DNA of 33,256 nucleotides, taken from the sequence record SRR20825006_2360; one strand, written 5' to 3'. This document shows positions 19,041 to 28,346 of the stretch, piece after piece (position 1 is the first letter of the stretch; each line of letters begins with the position of its first letter). The position numbers and the translations under genes were made by a program. The notes beneath the pieces were generated by a model that was not told the origin of the DNA, did no database searches, and saw only the letters and a program-made list of their open reading frames with translations.

Positions 19041-19178
19041 CTAGGGGCGGCGGCGCTCACGGCGGCGTACAGGAATATAAACCAATGTAGTGTTGGTTCT
19101 GTTAACTGGGTATAAAGAATTAAGCAACGCATTTACCGCTTGCTTTAGTTCCGTTATATGTCTTTTTATTCCCTTCAT
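19041..19178 (-). CDS. Putative Arg-rich leader peptide of the arg operon (45 aa)
   Basis: Hand translation MKGIKRHITELKQAVNALLNSLYPVNRTNTTLVYIPVRRRERRRP*; 6 Arg codons in the last 8 sense codons; stop is 95 nt upstream of the GNAT start. Confidence 0.75.
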   Translation of the reverse strand: MKGIKRHITELKQAVNALLNSLYPVNRTNTTLVYIPVRRRERRRP

Positions 19179-19330
19179 TGTTGATGCTAAAATACAAAGT
19201 AGATTTAAATGAACCTCCAGAATTTACTAGAAATATCAAATAAATCTACTTTTTTAAATATTCTTCAGTTTTCAATACAAAAAGCACTTTTCACTGATTG
19301 ATTCATAATAAACCAAATCATTTTTGAATG

Positions 19331-20947
19331 TTACAGCAAGTAATCTGTACTTACAAAGTTTGATTTTTTGGTATCCAACAGCTCATTAAGGATCGCATTG
19401 TTGTATGCATTGTCTTTAGAAGCCACAAAGGTACGTATGGAGAACGAACGCAAGGCATCGTGTACGCTTAATGTACTCACCGCTGAATCCTTTCTACCTG
19501 TAAACGGATAAACATCTGGACCGCGCTGACACGAACTGTTTAAATTCACACGACATACTAAATTAACCAAGGTGTCTATCAAGGGAGCAAGTGCTTTTAC
19601 ATCTTTACCGAAAAGACTTACTTGCTGTCCGTAATTCGATTCAGCCATATCATCTAAAGGTTCGTCGATGTGTTTAAACGTCAACACCGGAACTACTGGG
19701 CCAAATTGCTCTTCTTTGTAAACCTCCATCTCTTTAGTCACCGGAAACAATACCGCCGGCCAAATAAAGTTTTCTGAACGCTCCCCTCCTTTTGCGTTGA
19801 TCACTTTTGCGCCTTTGGCTTTAGCATCATCAATCAATTGCTGAATATAATCGGGTTTTGAAGGTTCTGGGAGCGGCGTAAGTTTCACATTATCTTCCCA
19901 GGGCAAACCAAATTTTAAAGCATCAACAGCTTCAGCATATTTTCTATTAAAGGTTTCTGCGATATTTTCATGTACATAGATCACTTTCAACGCTGTACAG
20001 CGCTGACCGTTAAATGACAGTGTTCCGGCGATGCATTCTGCAACTGCAAGATCAAGATCAGCATCCGGTAAAATTATTGCGGGATTTTTTGCTTCGAGAC
20101 CTAAAACCAAACGCAAACGGTTTTGTTTTGGGTGCAATGCTTGAAGTGAATTGGCCGAAGAACTATGACCAATTAAAGCTAGAACATCCACCTTTCCGGT
20201 TTTCATAATTGGTGTTGCCACAGCTCTACCTCTACCAAAAAGAATGTTCACCACTCCGGCAGGGAAACTTTCTTGAAAAGCTTCAAGCAACGGCGTGATT
20301 AAAAGAACGCCGTGCTTAGCAGGCTTAAACACAGCTGTATTCCCCATAATCAACGCAGGAATTAGCAAGCAAAACGTCTCGTTAAGCGGGTAATTATAAG
20401 GCCCTAAACAAAGAACGACTCCTAGCGGTCCGCGTCTAATATGTGCGTGAATACCACCTTCTTTGTAGAATTTGGCACTCTCCCGATCCATATTCTTATA
20501 GTCTTCGATGGTATCAAGAATATATTCTACCGTACGATCAAACTCTTTTTGCGAATCAGGATAATTTTTACCAATCTCCCACATCAGCAGTTTTACAATG
20601 AGTTCCCGCTTTTCTTTCATTTTTGTAACGAAAGTTTCCATACACTTAATACGGTTGGCAACTTTCATTGTAGGCCACAAGCCCTGACCGCGATCATAGG
20701 CTTTGTGCGCAGCATCAACTGCTGCAATAGCTTCAGATTCGCCCAAAGAAGGAATAGAGCCTAAACGAGTTGGTTGACGCTCTCCATCTTTTTCTGTATG
20801 AATGCTTGAGAAAACATCTGCTACTTCACCATTCCAATTGTGCATTTTTCCGTCAATTAGATAGGTGCGCTGCTCAATAGGGTCAACTTTAAACTGATCT
20901 GGAATATCTGTGGGTAATTGTTTCATAGGTTGATTAGATTTTGACAA
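19331..20947 (-). CDS. gapN: Aldehyde dehydrogenase, probable non-phosphorylating NADP-dependent glyceraldehyde-3-phosphate dehydrogenase
   Basis: [61 protein letters not shown]; start uncertain (TTG 20947 or the ATG 7 codons downstream). Confidence 0.75.
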   Translation of the reverse strand: MSKSNQPMKQLPTDIPDQFKVDPIEQRTYLIDGKMHNWNGEVADVFSSIHTEKDGERQPTRLGSIPSLGESEAIAAVDAAHKAYDRGQGLWPTMKVANRIKCMETFVTKMKEKRELIVKLLMWEIGKNYPDSQKEFDRTVEYILDTIEDYKNMDRESAKFYKEGGIHAHIRRGPLGVVLCLGPYNYPLNETFCLLIPALIMGNTAVFKPAKHGVLLITPLLEAFQESFPAGVVNILFGRGRAVATPIMKTGKVDVLALIGHSSSANSLQALHPKQNRLRLVLGLEAKNPAIILPDADLDLAVAECIAGTLSFNGQRCTALKVIYVHENIAETFNRKYAEAVDALKFGLPWEDNVKLTPLPEPSKPDYIQQLIDDAKAKGAKVINAKGGERSENFIWPAVLFPVTKEMEVYKEEQFGPVVPVLTFKHIDEPLDDMAESNYGQQVSLFGKDVKALAPLIDTLVNLVCRVNLNSSCQRGPDVYPFTGRKDSAVSTLSVHDALRSFSIRTFVASKDNAYNNAILNELLDTKKSNFVSTDYLL

Positions 20948-21020
20948 AATAAATTAGACTTTAAAACTGCTATATTGAAAATATACAACTTAAAGAGCTA
21001 AGGACAAGATTATTAAATCT

Positions 21021-22286
21021 TTAAATCAGGAATTCAAACAAGTCTGGTTTATCATTGAGATATTCTCCGAAGAAATTTCTACTCTTCATTCGGGTTATTA
21101 ACGGGTCAAGATCCTTACGGTCTTTCAGCTCTATGCCTACCACCGCAGGGCCATCTTCACGAGAGGTTTTCTTCTTATATTCAAAAAAGGTGATGTCGTC
21201 TTCCGGACCTAGGATTTCATTTAAGAACTCACGCAATGCACCTGCGCGCTGTGGGAATCTTATGATGAAGTAGTGTTTTAATCCTCGATACAAAAGGGCA
21301 CGTTCTTTAATTTCAGCAGTACGGGTGATATCATTGTTGCTTCCACTTACAATACATACTACATTTTTACCCTTGATCTCATCAGCAAACTGATCTAGCA
21401 CCGATAAGGTTAAAGCCCCAGCAGGTTCAACTACAATCGCTTCTTTGTTATAAAGATCAAGTATAGTCTGGCAAACCTTCCCTTCAGGAACAGTTACCAT
21501 TTTCTCCAAATATTCTTTACAGATAGCAAATGTGCGATCTCCTACGCGCTGTACAGCAGCACCGTCAACAAACTTTTCGATCAGCGAAAGCGTCGTATTT
21601 TCTTTATTAAAGATCGAAGTGCTCATTGAAGGAGCACCTTCGGGCTCTACCCCTATTACTTTAGTATTGGGCGAAAGCAAATGAAAAACCGTACTCAACC
21701 CGGAAGCTAAACCACCACCACCTACAGGAACAAAAACATAGTCTATCTCTTCTTTACTCTGTTCAATAATTTCTAAACCAACGGTTGCTTGACCTTCAAT
21801 GATCTTTTCATCATCAAAAGGATGTACAAAGATTTTACCTAGCGCATCGCATTCAATTTTTGAAGCTTTGTACGCATCGTCAAACGTGTCTCCGGTAAGC
21901 ACAATTTTGGCATATTCACCACCAAACATTTCTACCTGCTCGATCTTTTGCTTAGGCGTAGGTGACGGCATAAAAATAGTACCGTTGATCTTCAGCTTGG
22001 CACAAGCGAATGCTACACCCTGCGCGTGATTTCCTGCACTGGCACAAACGATTCCTTTAGCGCGCTCTTCATCGCTAAGCGAATTGATCTTGTTAAATGC
22101 TCCCCGAATTTTATACGATCTTACCTGTTGCAAATCTTCACGCTTCAACATTACATTGGCGTCAAACTTGCGCGAATAGTTTAAACTCGGCATTAAAGGC
22201 GTCAACGCAGCAACACCTTCCAAGGTTTTTGCTGCTTCCTTTATTTGCTCTAGATCAGGAAAAAATGTGGTTTTTAAATCGCCCAA
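21021..22286 (-). CDS. ilvA: Threonine ammonia-lyase, biosynthetic (short form)
   Basis: KREDLQ.VRSYKIRGA, ASAGNHAQG, PVGGGGL, VEPAGAL, SGSNND, FPQRAGAL. Start uncertain: in-frame TTG at 22286 chosen because the ATG at 22328 lies in a hairpin loop. Confidence 0.9.
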   Translation of the reverse strand: MGDLKTTFFPDLEQIKEAAKTLEGVAALTPLMPSLNYSRKFDANVMLKREDLQQVRSYKIRGAFNKINSLSDEERAKGIVCASAGNHAQGVAFACAKLKINGTIFMPSPTPKQKIEQVEMFGGEYAKIVLTGDTFDDAYKASKIECDALGKIFVHPFDDEKIIEGQATVGLEIIEQSKEEIDYVFVPVGGGGLASGLSTVFHLLSPNTKVIGVEPEGAPSMSTSIFNKENTTLSLIEKFVDGAAVQRVGDRTFAICKEYLEKMVTVPEGKVCQTILDLYNKEAIVVEPAGALTLSVLDQFADEIKGKNVVCIVSGSNNDITRTAEIKERALLYRGLKHYFIIRFPQRAGALREFLNEILGPEDDITFFEYKKKTSREDGPAVVGIELKDRKDLDPLITRMKSRNFFGEYLNDKPDLFEFLI

Positions 22287-22307
22287 AATAAAAGTATTAG
22301 GATTAAG

Positions 22308-22340
22308 TAAGCCTGTCTCAAAATGCATTGGACAGGCTTA
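22308..22340 (-). terminator. Hairpin after ilvC (possible partial terminator or mRNA-stabilising stem)
   Basis: TAAGCCTGTC/GACAGGCTTA 10-bp stem, 13-nt loop, about 25 nt after the ilvC stop; U-tail is weak. Confidence 0.55.
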
Positions 22341-22364
22341 TTTTAATTCAGTTAAGAAATTTTT

Positions 22365-23864
22365 TTAAGCTGTCACAGCCTCTCCAGAAGCTACGGTCTT
22401 AATATCTTTCATCGCAGTCATCGACTCACGTAACCAAGCTCCTACAGCTTCAACTTCGTGTTCACGAATAGCATCGTTTACAGCAATAAGTGTTTTGTTA
22501 TCAACACTATTGTCTGTCGCATACGCTTTACCAATCACATCGGTATCAATACCTTTCATAAACTCAGTTAGCATTGGTTTACACGCGTGATCAAATAAAT
22601 AACAACCGTATTCTGCAGTGTCAGAAATTACGCGGTTCATCTCGAATAATTTCTTACGTGCAATAGTGTTTGCGATTAGTGGCGTTTCGTGAAGTGACTC
22701 GTAGTACGCAGATTCTTCAATGATTCCGGCTTCAGTCATGGTTTCAAAAGCAAGTTCTACTCCGGCTTTTACCATCGCTACCATCAATACCCCGTGATCA
22801 AAGAATTCTTGCTCGCTGATTTCTTGACTTCCGGCAGGTGTTTTTTCAAAAGCAGTTTCTCCGGTGGCTGCTCTCCATTTAAGAAGATTTGCATCATCAT
22901 TAGCCCAGTCTTCCATCATTGTTTTTGAGAAATGACCAGAGATGATATCATCCATATGTTTGTGGAATAATGGACGTGTAATATCTTTAATTTCTTCAGC
23001 AAGTTCAAAAGCTTTGATTTTTGAAGGATTGTTCAAACGATCCATCATATTGGTGATTCCACCGTGCTTCAACGCTTCGGTAATAGTTTCCCAACCATAC
23101 TGAATCAATTTTGAAGCATAACCTGCATCGATTCCTTTTTCAACCATTTTGTCAAAGCAAAGAATAGAACCGGTCTGCAACATTCCACAAAGAATGGTTT
23201 GCTCCCCCATCAAATCACTTTTTACTTCAGCAACAAAAGAAGATTCAAGAACACCCGCTCTGTGACCACCGGTTGCTACAGCGTATGCTTTAGCCTGATC
23301 AAGACCTTTTCCTTCAGGATCGTTTTCAGGATGCACCGCAATCAAAGTAGGTACACCAAAACCACGCTTGTATTCCTCACGTACTTCAGAACCCGGACAT
23401 TTAGGCGCGCACATAATAACAGTTAAGTCTTTACGCACTTGCATTCCCTCTTCTACAATATTGAAACCGTGGCTATACGCCAAAGTAGCGCCTTCTTTCA
23501 TCAAAGGCATAATCGTATTTACAACAGATGTATGCTGCTTGTCTGGAGTAAGGTTACAAACCAAATCTGCAGTTGGGATGAGTTCGTCATAGGTTCCTAC
23601 TGTAAACCCATTATCTACAGCATTTTTATACGAAGCTCTTTTCTCTTTAATCGCACCTTCGCGCAACGCATAAGAAATATCTAAGCCGCTGTCACGCATA
23701 TTTAACCCTTGGTTTAAACCTTGCGCACCACAACCTACGATGACTACTTTTTTTCCGCGTAAAGCTTCTACCCCATTTGAAAATTCTTCAGATTCCATAA
23801 AGCGGCATTTGGCAAGTTGTGCCAACTGTTCTCTTAGGGATAGTGTATTAAAGTAATTTGACAT
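22365..23864 (-). CDS. ilvC: Ketol-acid reductoisomerase, long (class II) form
   Basis: [63 protein letters not shown]; 499 aa. Confidence 0.97.
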   Translation of the reverse strand: MSNYFNTLSLREQLAQLAKCRFMESEEFSNGVEALRGKKVVIVGCGAQGLNQGLNMRDSGLDISYALREGAIKEKRASYKNAVDNGFTVGTYDELIPTADLVCNLTPDKQHTSVVNTIMPLMKEGATLAYSHGFNIVEEGMQVRKDLTVIMCAPKCPGSEVREEYKRGFGVPTLIAVHPENDPEGKGLDQAKAYAVATGGHRAGVLESSFVAEVKSDLMGEQTILCGMLQTGSILCFDKMVEKGIDAGYASKLIQYGWETITEALKHGGITNMMDRLNNPSKIKAFELAEEIKDITRPLFHKHMDDIISGHFSKTMMEDWANDDANLLKWRAATGETAFEKTPAGSQEISEQEFFDHGVLMVAMVKAGVELAFETMTEAGIIEESAYYESLHETPLIANTIARKKLFEMNRVISDTAEYGCYLFDHACKPMLTEFMKGIDTDVIGKAYATDNSVDNKTLIAVNDAIREHEVEAVGAWLRESMTAMKDIKTVASGEAVTA

Positions 23865-23946
23865 TTTGATTTATTTTTAATGATATTGATTAGTTAATTT
23901 TAATTGCGCCTCATAAGGATTTCACCCCTAGCCTAAGCGCGATAGT

Positions 23947-24474
23947 TTACTCGGCAAATTCTGCCAACATTTTAGAGATTTTCATTTCGTCTTTAGTCAC
24001 CGCAATTCTTCCGGAACGTACAAATTGCATAATTCCGAAAGCGCTTAATTCGCGGTATAAAAGTTCGATCTCACTACGGCGACCGGCTTTCTCCAAAACA
24101 AAGAACTCTTTGTTCACGGTTACGATGCGCGCGCTGCTTTCTTTTATAATATTCTGAATTTGGCGCTCTTCAAATAACAAGTCTGATTTGATTTTAAACA
24201 GACAAGTTTCTAAGAAAATAGTCTCTTCATCGGTGTGATAAAAAGCTTTGATAACTTCTACCTGCTTTTCAAGCTGACCGATGATCTTTTTCATACGTTC
24301 TTCAGTAAGGTTGATCACGATAGTAAATCGCGAAACACCTTCAATCTCAGATATCGAGGTATTTAAACTCTCGATATTTATTTTTCTACGCTGAAATATT
24401 GCCGAAATACGGTTAAGTAAACCGATGTTATTTTCGGTATATATAGAAACGGTATATGTTTTTATCTCGCTCAT
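23947..24474 (-). CDS. ilvN: Acetolactate synthase small (regulatory) subunit
   Basis: ACT motif EN.IGLLNRISAIFQRRKINIESL; C-terminal FVRSGRIA. Confidence 0.93.
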   Translation of the reverse strand: MSEIKTYTVSIYTENNIGLLNRISAIFQRRKINIESLNTSISEIEGVSRFTIVINLTEERMKKIIGQLEKQVEVIKAFYHTDEETIFLETCLFKIKSDLLFEERQIQNIIKESSARIVTVNKEFFVLEKAGRRSEIELLYRELSAFGIMQFVRSGRIAVTKDEMKISKMLAEFAE

Positions 24475-24476
24475 AA

Positions 24477-26213
24477 CTACTCAAGTCTAATATCTGAAAC
24501 TGATGCTCCTGTTGGGATCATCGGGAATACGTTATCTTCTTTTTCTACAGTAACTTCAAGGAAGTATGGCCCTTCTGAAGCTAGCATTTCTTCAATAGCT
24601 CCGGCAAGGTCTTCACGTTTTGAAACGCGTTTTGCATCTATATAATATCCTTTTGCGATCGTCACAAAATCAGGGTTGATCAATTCGGTTGAAGCATAAC
24701 GACGGTCAAAGAATAACTGCTGCCATTGGCGCACCATTCCGAGGAAATCATTATTCAACACCACGATCTTTACAGGAACTTTTGTTTGAAAAATAGTACC
24801 TAACTCTTGAATGGTCATTTGATAACCTCCATCACCAATGATCGCAACAACAGGACGCTCTGGCGCTCCCATTTTTGCTCCAATTGCTGCCGGAAGTGCA
24901 AATCCCATAGTTCCTAATCCACCCGAAGTCACATTACTTTTAGAATGGTTAAATTTGGCGTAACGACAAGCGATCATTTGATGTTGACCAACATCTGAAA
25001 CGATCACCGCATCTCCTTTTGAAACCTTATTGATTCCTTCAAGAACTTCACCCATCGTCAAACCTTCTTTCTCAGGAGTGATATCGTCTTTAATAATTTT
25101 ATCAAACTCTACCTGATACAGCTCTTTAAAACGGTTGAGCCATTCGGTATGTTTTTTCTCTTCTAGAAGAGGAAGTAAAGCCGCCAGCGTTTCTTTACTG
25201 TTTCCTAGAACAGCAATATCAGCAGTTACATTTTTATTCACCTCAGCAGGATCAATTTCAAAATGAATCACTTTTGCCTGCTTTGCATACGTATTTAAAT
25301 CACCGGTAACACGATCATCAAAACGCATCCCGATAGCGATCAACACATCACACTCATTAGTCAATAAGTTAGGCGCATAATTCCCGTGCATCCCTACCAT
25401 ACCCACATTTAAAGGGTGATCTGTAGGAATCGCCGAAACCCCAAGAATCGTCCAAGCTGAAGGGACTCCAGACTTCTCTACAACAGCTTTAAACTCTTCT
25501 TCAGCCTTACCTAAAATAACACCTTGCCCCCAAACGATCATTGGCTTTTTAGCATTATTGATCGCTTCTGCTGCAGCTTGTAAAGCTTCAGGGTTTAGTT
25601 TTGGAATCGGTTTATAGCTACGTACTGCTGTACATTTTTTATATGCAAAATCAAACTCCTCGAACTGCGCATCTTTTGTAATATCAATAAGCACAGGTCC
25701 CGGACGGCCACTTTTTGCGATGTAAAAAGCCTTAGCCATCACCTCCGGAATTTCAGAAGCTTTAGTGATCTGATAATTCCATTTTGTAACAGGTGTAGAG
25801 ATACCAATAATATCAGTCTCTTGAAACGCATCACTACCTAATAAATGCGAAGCCACCTGCCCGGTAATACAAACCATCGGCGTAGAGTCTATTTGCGCAT
25901 CAGCGATCCCGGTAATAAGGTTGGTTGCACCAGGCCCCGATGTAGCAATTGCGACGCCTACTCTGCCGCTTACACGTGCATACCCTTGAGCGGCGTGCGT
26001 TGCACCTTGCTCGTGACGGGTCAAGACGTGATGAAGCTTGTCTTGATATTTATACAACTCGTCATAAACGGGCATAATCGCCCCTCCGGGATAGCCATAA
26101 AGTGTGTCTACACCTTCGGCAAGCAAGCATTTAATAATAGCTTCTTTTCCGGTTAAACGCTGCGTAGCTTCTACTGCAGTGTCTTGCAATTTGATTGTTT
26201 GTGTATTATCCAT
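24477..26213 (-). CDS. ilvB: Acetolactate synthase large subunit, biosynthetic
   Basis: GYPGGAIMPVYD, RHEQGATHAAQGYAR, TSGPGATN, RFDDRVTG, SGGLGTMGF, GDGG, GMVRQWQ. Confidence 0.96.
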   Translation of the reverse strand: MDNTQTIKLQDTAVEATQRLTGKEAIIKCLLAEGVDTLYGYPGGAIMPVYDELYKYQDKLHHVLTRHEQGATHAAQGYARVSGRVGVAIATSGPGATNLITGIADAQIDSTPMVCITGQVASHLLGSDAFQETDIIGISTPVTKWNYQITKASEIPEVMAKAFYIAKSGRPGPVLIDITKDAQFEEFDFAYKKCTAVRSYKPIPKLNPEALQAAAEAINNAKKPMIVWGQGVILGKAEEEFKAVVEKSGVPSAWTILGVSAIPTDHPLNVGMVGMHGNYAPNLLTNECDVLIAIGMRFDDRVTGDLNTYAKQAKVIHFEIDPAEVNKNVTADIAVLGNSKETLAALLPLLEEKKHTEWLNRFKELYQVEFDKIIKDDITPEKEGLTMGEVLEGINKVSKGDAVIVSDVGQHQMIACRYAKFNHSKSNVTSGGLGTMGFALPAAIGAKMGAPERPVVAIIGDGGYQMTIQELGTIFQTKVPVKIVVLNNDFLGMVRQWQQLFFDRRYASTELINPDFVTIAKGYYIDAKRVSKREDLAGAIEEMLASEGPYFLEVTVEKEDNVFPMIPTGASVSDIRLE

Positions 26214-26219
26214 ACCCTT

Positions 26220-27902
26220 CTACATTTCGTCTGTCACGCAACCTTTAGAAGCTGACGAGACTGTTTTCGCATATTTATATAACGCTCCGCGTTGGAATCT
26301 AAGTTCCGGAGCTGTCCATTTTTCTCTTCGTTTTGCCAATTCTTCATCGGTAATATCGATGTTGATGGTATTCTTTACAGCGTCAATGGAAATGATATCT
26401 CCATTTTCAACAAGTGCGATATTTCCGCCCACTTGTGCTTCAGGAGAAACGTGCCCTACCACAAAACCGTGCGATCCACCAGAGAATCTTCCATCAGTAA
26501 TCAAAGCCACATCTTTACCTAAACCGGCACCCATAATTGAAGATGTTGGCTTAAGCATTTCGGGCATTCCGGGACCACCTTTAGGTCCTTCATAACGAAT
26601 GATCACTACGTCTCCTTTTTTGACTTTACCAGATTTAATTCCGTCGTTAACTTCAAGTTCGCTGTTGAACACATTCGCTGTTCCGGTAAACGAAAGTCCT
26701 TCTTTACCGGTGATCTTTGCAACAGCACCTTCAGTAGCCAAGTTCCCGAATAAAATACGGATGTGACCACTGTCTTTAATTGGCTTGTCTAAAGGTCTGA
26801 TGATCTCCTGACCATCTATAAGATTTGGAACATCTTTTAGGTTTTCGGCTAAAGACTTTCCGGTAACGGTTAAGCAATCCCCGTGAAGCATATCGTTATC
26901 CAGCATATATTTCAACACTCCCGGAATACCCCCAACACCGTGTAAATCTTCCATAGAATATTTACCTGAAGGCTTAAGGTCTGCTAACAACGGTGTGTTA
27001 TCACTGATTCGCTGAAAATCTTCAAGTGTAAAGTCAACCTGCGCTGCTTTTGCAATAGCTAAGAAGTGTAACACCGCATTGGTAGAACCTCCTAAAACAG
27101 TTACTAAACGAATCGCATTCTCAAGTGACTGCTTCGTTACAATATCTGAAGGTTTAATGTCGTGCTCTAATAAATACTTTAATGCCTCACCTGCTTTTAC
27201 ACATTCCTGCTCTTTAATATTTGCATCAGTCACCGCTGGATTTGACGAGTTAAAAGGCAATGACATCCCTAACGCCTCGATAGCAGAAGCCATGGTATTT
27301 GCGGTGTACATACCACCACAAGCCCCAGCACCCGGACACGCTTTATGCACCACTTCTTTAAACTCATTGTCATCAATAGTTCCTGCTACTTTTTGACCAT
27401 AAGCCTCAAATGCAGAAATGATATCTAGTTTTTTTCCGTTATGGCATCCTGAAGCGATAGTTCCTCCATAAACTAAGATCGATGGGCGATTTAATCGCAA
27501 TTGCGCAATTAAAGCTCCCGGCATATTTTTATCACAACCTACTACTGTCACAAGTCCATCATAGCTCATTGCCTGTACAACAGTTTCCATTGAATCAGCA
27601 ATAATATCACGTGAGGGTAGCGAGAAGCGCATTCCCGGAGTTCCGTTAGAAATACCATCACTTACCCCGATAGTATTGAATATAAGCCCTACCAAGTCTG
27701 CATTAGCAGCTCCTTGTTTCACGTGCGTTGCTAAAGCATTCAAATGCATATTACACGGATTTCCCTCATAACCGGTACTTGCAATACCAATTAAAGGTTT
27801 TTTTAAATCGTCATCGGTCAAACCAATTGCGTGAAGCATCGCCTGAGCAGCAGGCAACGTAGGGTCTTGAGTTACAGTCTTACTGTATTTATTTAATTCC
27901 AT
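26220..27902 (-). CDS. ilvD: Dihydroxy-acid dehydratase
   Basis: [62 protein letters not shown]. Confidence 0.97.
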   Translation of the reverse strand: MELNKYSKTVTQDPTLPAAQAMLHAIGLTDDDLKKPLIGIASTGYEGNPCNMHLNALATHVKQGAANADLVGLIFNTIGVSDGISNGTPGMRFSLPSRDIIADSMETVVQAMSYDGLVTVVGCDKNMPGALIAQLRLNRPSILVYGGTIASGCHNGKKLDIISAFEAYGQKVAGTIDDNEFKEVVHKACPGAGACGGMYTANTMASAIEALGMSLPFNSSNPAVTDANIKEQECVKAGEALKYLLEHDIKPSDIVTKQSLENAIRLVTVLGGSTNAVLHFLAIAKAAQVDFTLEDFQRISDNTPLLADLKPSGKYSMEDLHGVGGIPGVLKYMLDNDMLHGDCLTVTGKSLAENLKDVPNLIDGQEIIRPLDKPIKDSGHIRILFGNLATEGAVAKITGKEGLSFTGTANVFNSELEVNDGIKSGKVKKGDVVIIRYEGPKGGPGMPEMLKPTSSIMGAGLGKDVALITDGRFSGGSHGFVVGHVSPEAQVGGNIALVENGDIISIDAVKNTINIDITDEELAKRREKWTAPELRFQRGALYKYAKTVSSASKGCVTDEM

Positions 27903-28068
27903 TGTTATAATTCTAATTCGAAATTAGTTATTCCTGTTTTTTATCAGTTCTTTTCTTAAAAACCTTCGGATATACCAAAAAATCTTAAATAGTTTTCAAT
28001 TGTTTGATTAACAGCTATTTAAACTTAAAATACTACTATGTTCAAGTTTTAAAATTCAATTAGATTCC

Positions 28069-28123
28069 AAAAAAAAACCTTCCAGATTAACGGAAGGTCT
28101 CTATTTAGAATAGCACGTTCCGC
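28069..28123 (-). promoter_or_regulatory. ilv transcription attenuator (terminator plus antiterminator arm)
   Basis: mRNA ACCUUCC-GUUAAUCU-GGAAGGU-U8 (28069-28098); upstream GCGGAA (28118-28123) can pair with UUCCGU in the terminator 5' arm. Confidence 0.8.
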
Positions 28124-28124
28124 A

Positions 28125-28178
28125 TCAACTACAGTTAATGACACTAATAGAACGTACGAGAATTGTTGCTGTTTTCAC
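28125..28178 (-). CDS. ilv operon leader peptide (17 aa)
   Basis: GTG-started MKTATILVRSISVINCS*; 6 Ile/Leu/Val and 2 Thr; stop lies just before the antiterminator arm. Confidence 0.7.
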   Translation of the reverse strand: MKTATILVRSISVINCS

Positions 28179-28346
28179 ATGGTAAAGCTATTTATTCTAA
28201 TTGGGGCAGCCCTAGAAAGCGTCCTAAAATATCGGGTTTGAGGGCATTTTTAAAAATACCATATTTTGGCAAGGGTTTAAGATGTTTCCATTATCGAAAC
28301 TTTATTGCTTTTGTATTTTTAGTGAAAATTTTAAAAGCACTTTTTA

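Noticed and set aside
18926-19132. 68-aa ORF-track entry (MRCLIL…AAVSAAAPSG…) upstream of the GNAT
   Set aside because: Alternative frame of the Arg-rich leader: its Ala run is the shifted CGC run, and it overlaps the GNAT start out of frame.
28052-28180. Leu/Val-rich alternative frame in the ilv leader (…YVLLVSLTVV…)
   Set aside because: Its ATG is followed immediately by TGA and the frame reads through the terminator. The GTG frame stops just before the antiterminator arm, as an attenuator requires.
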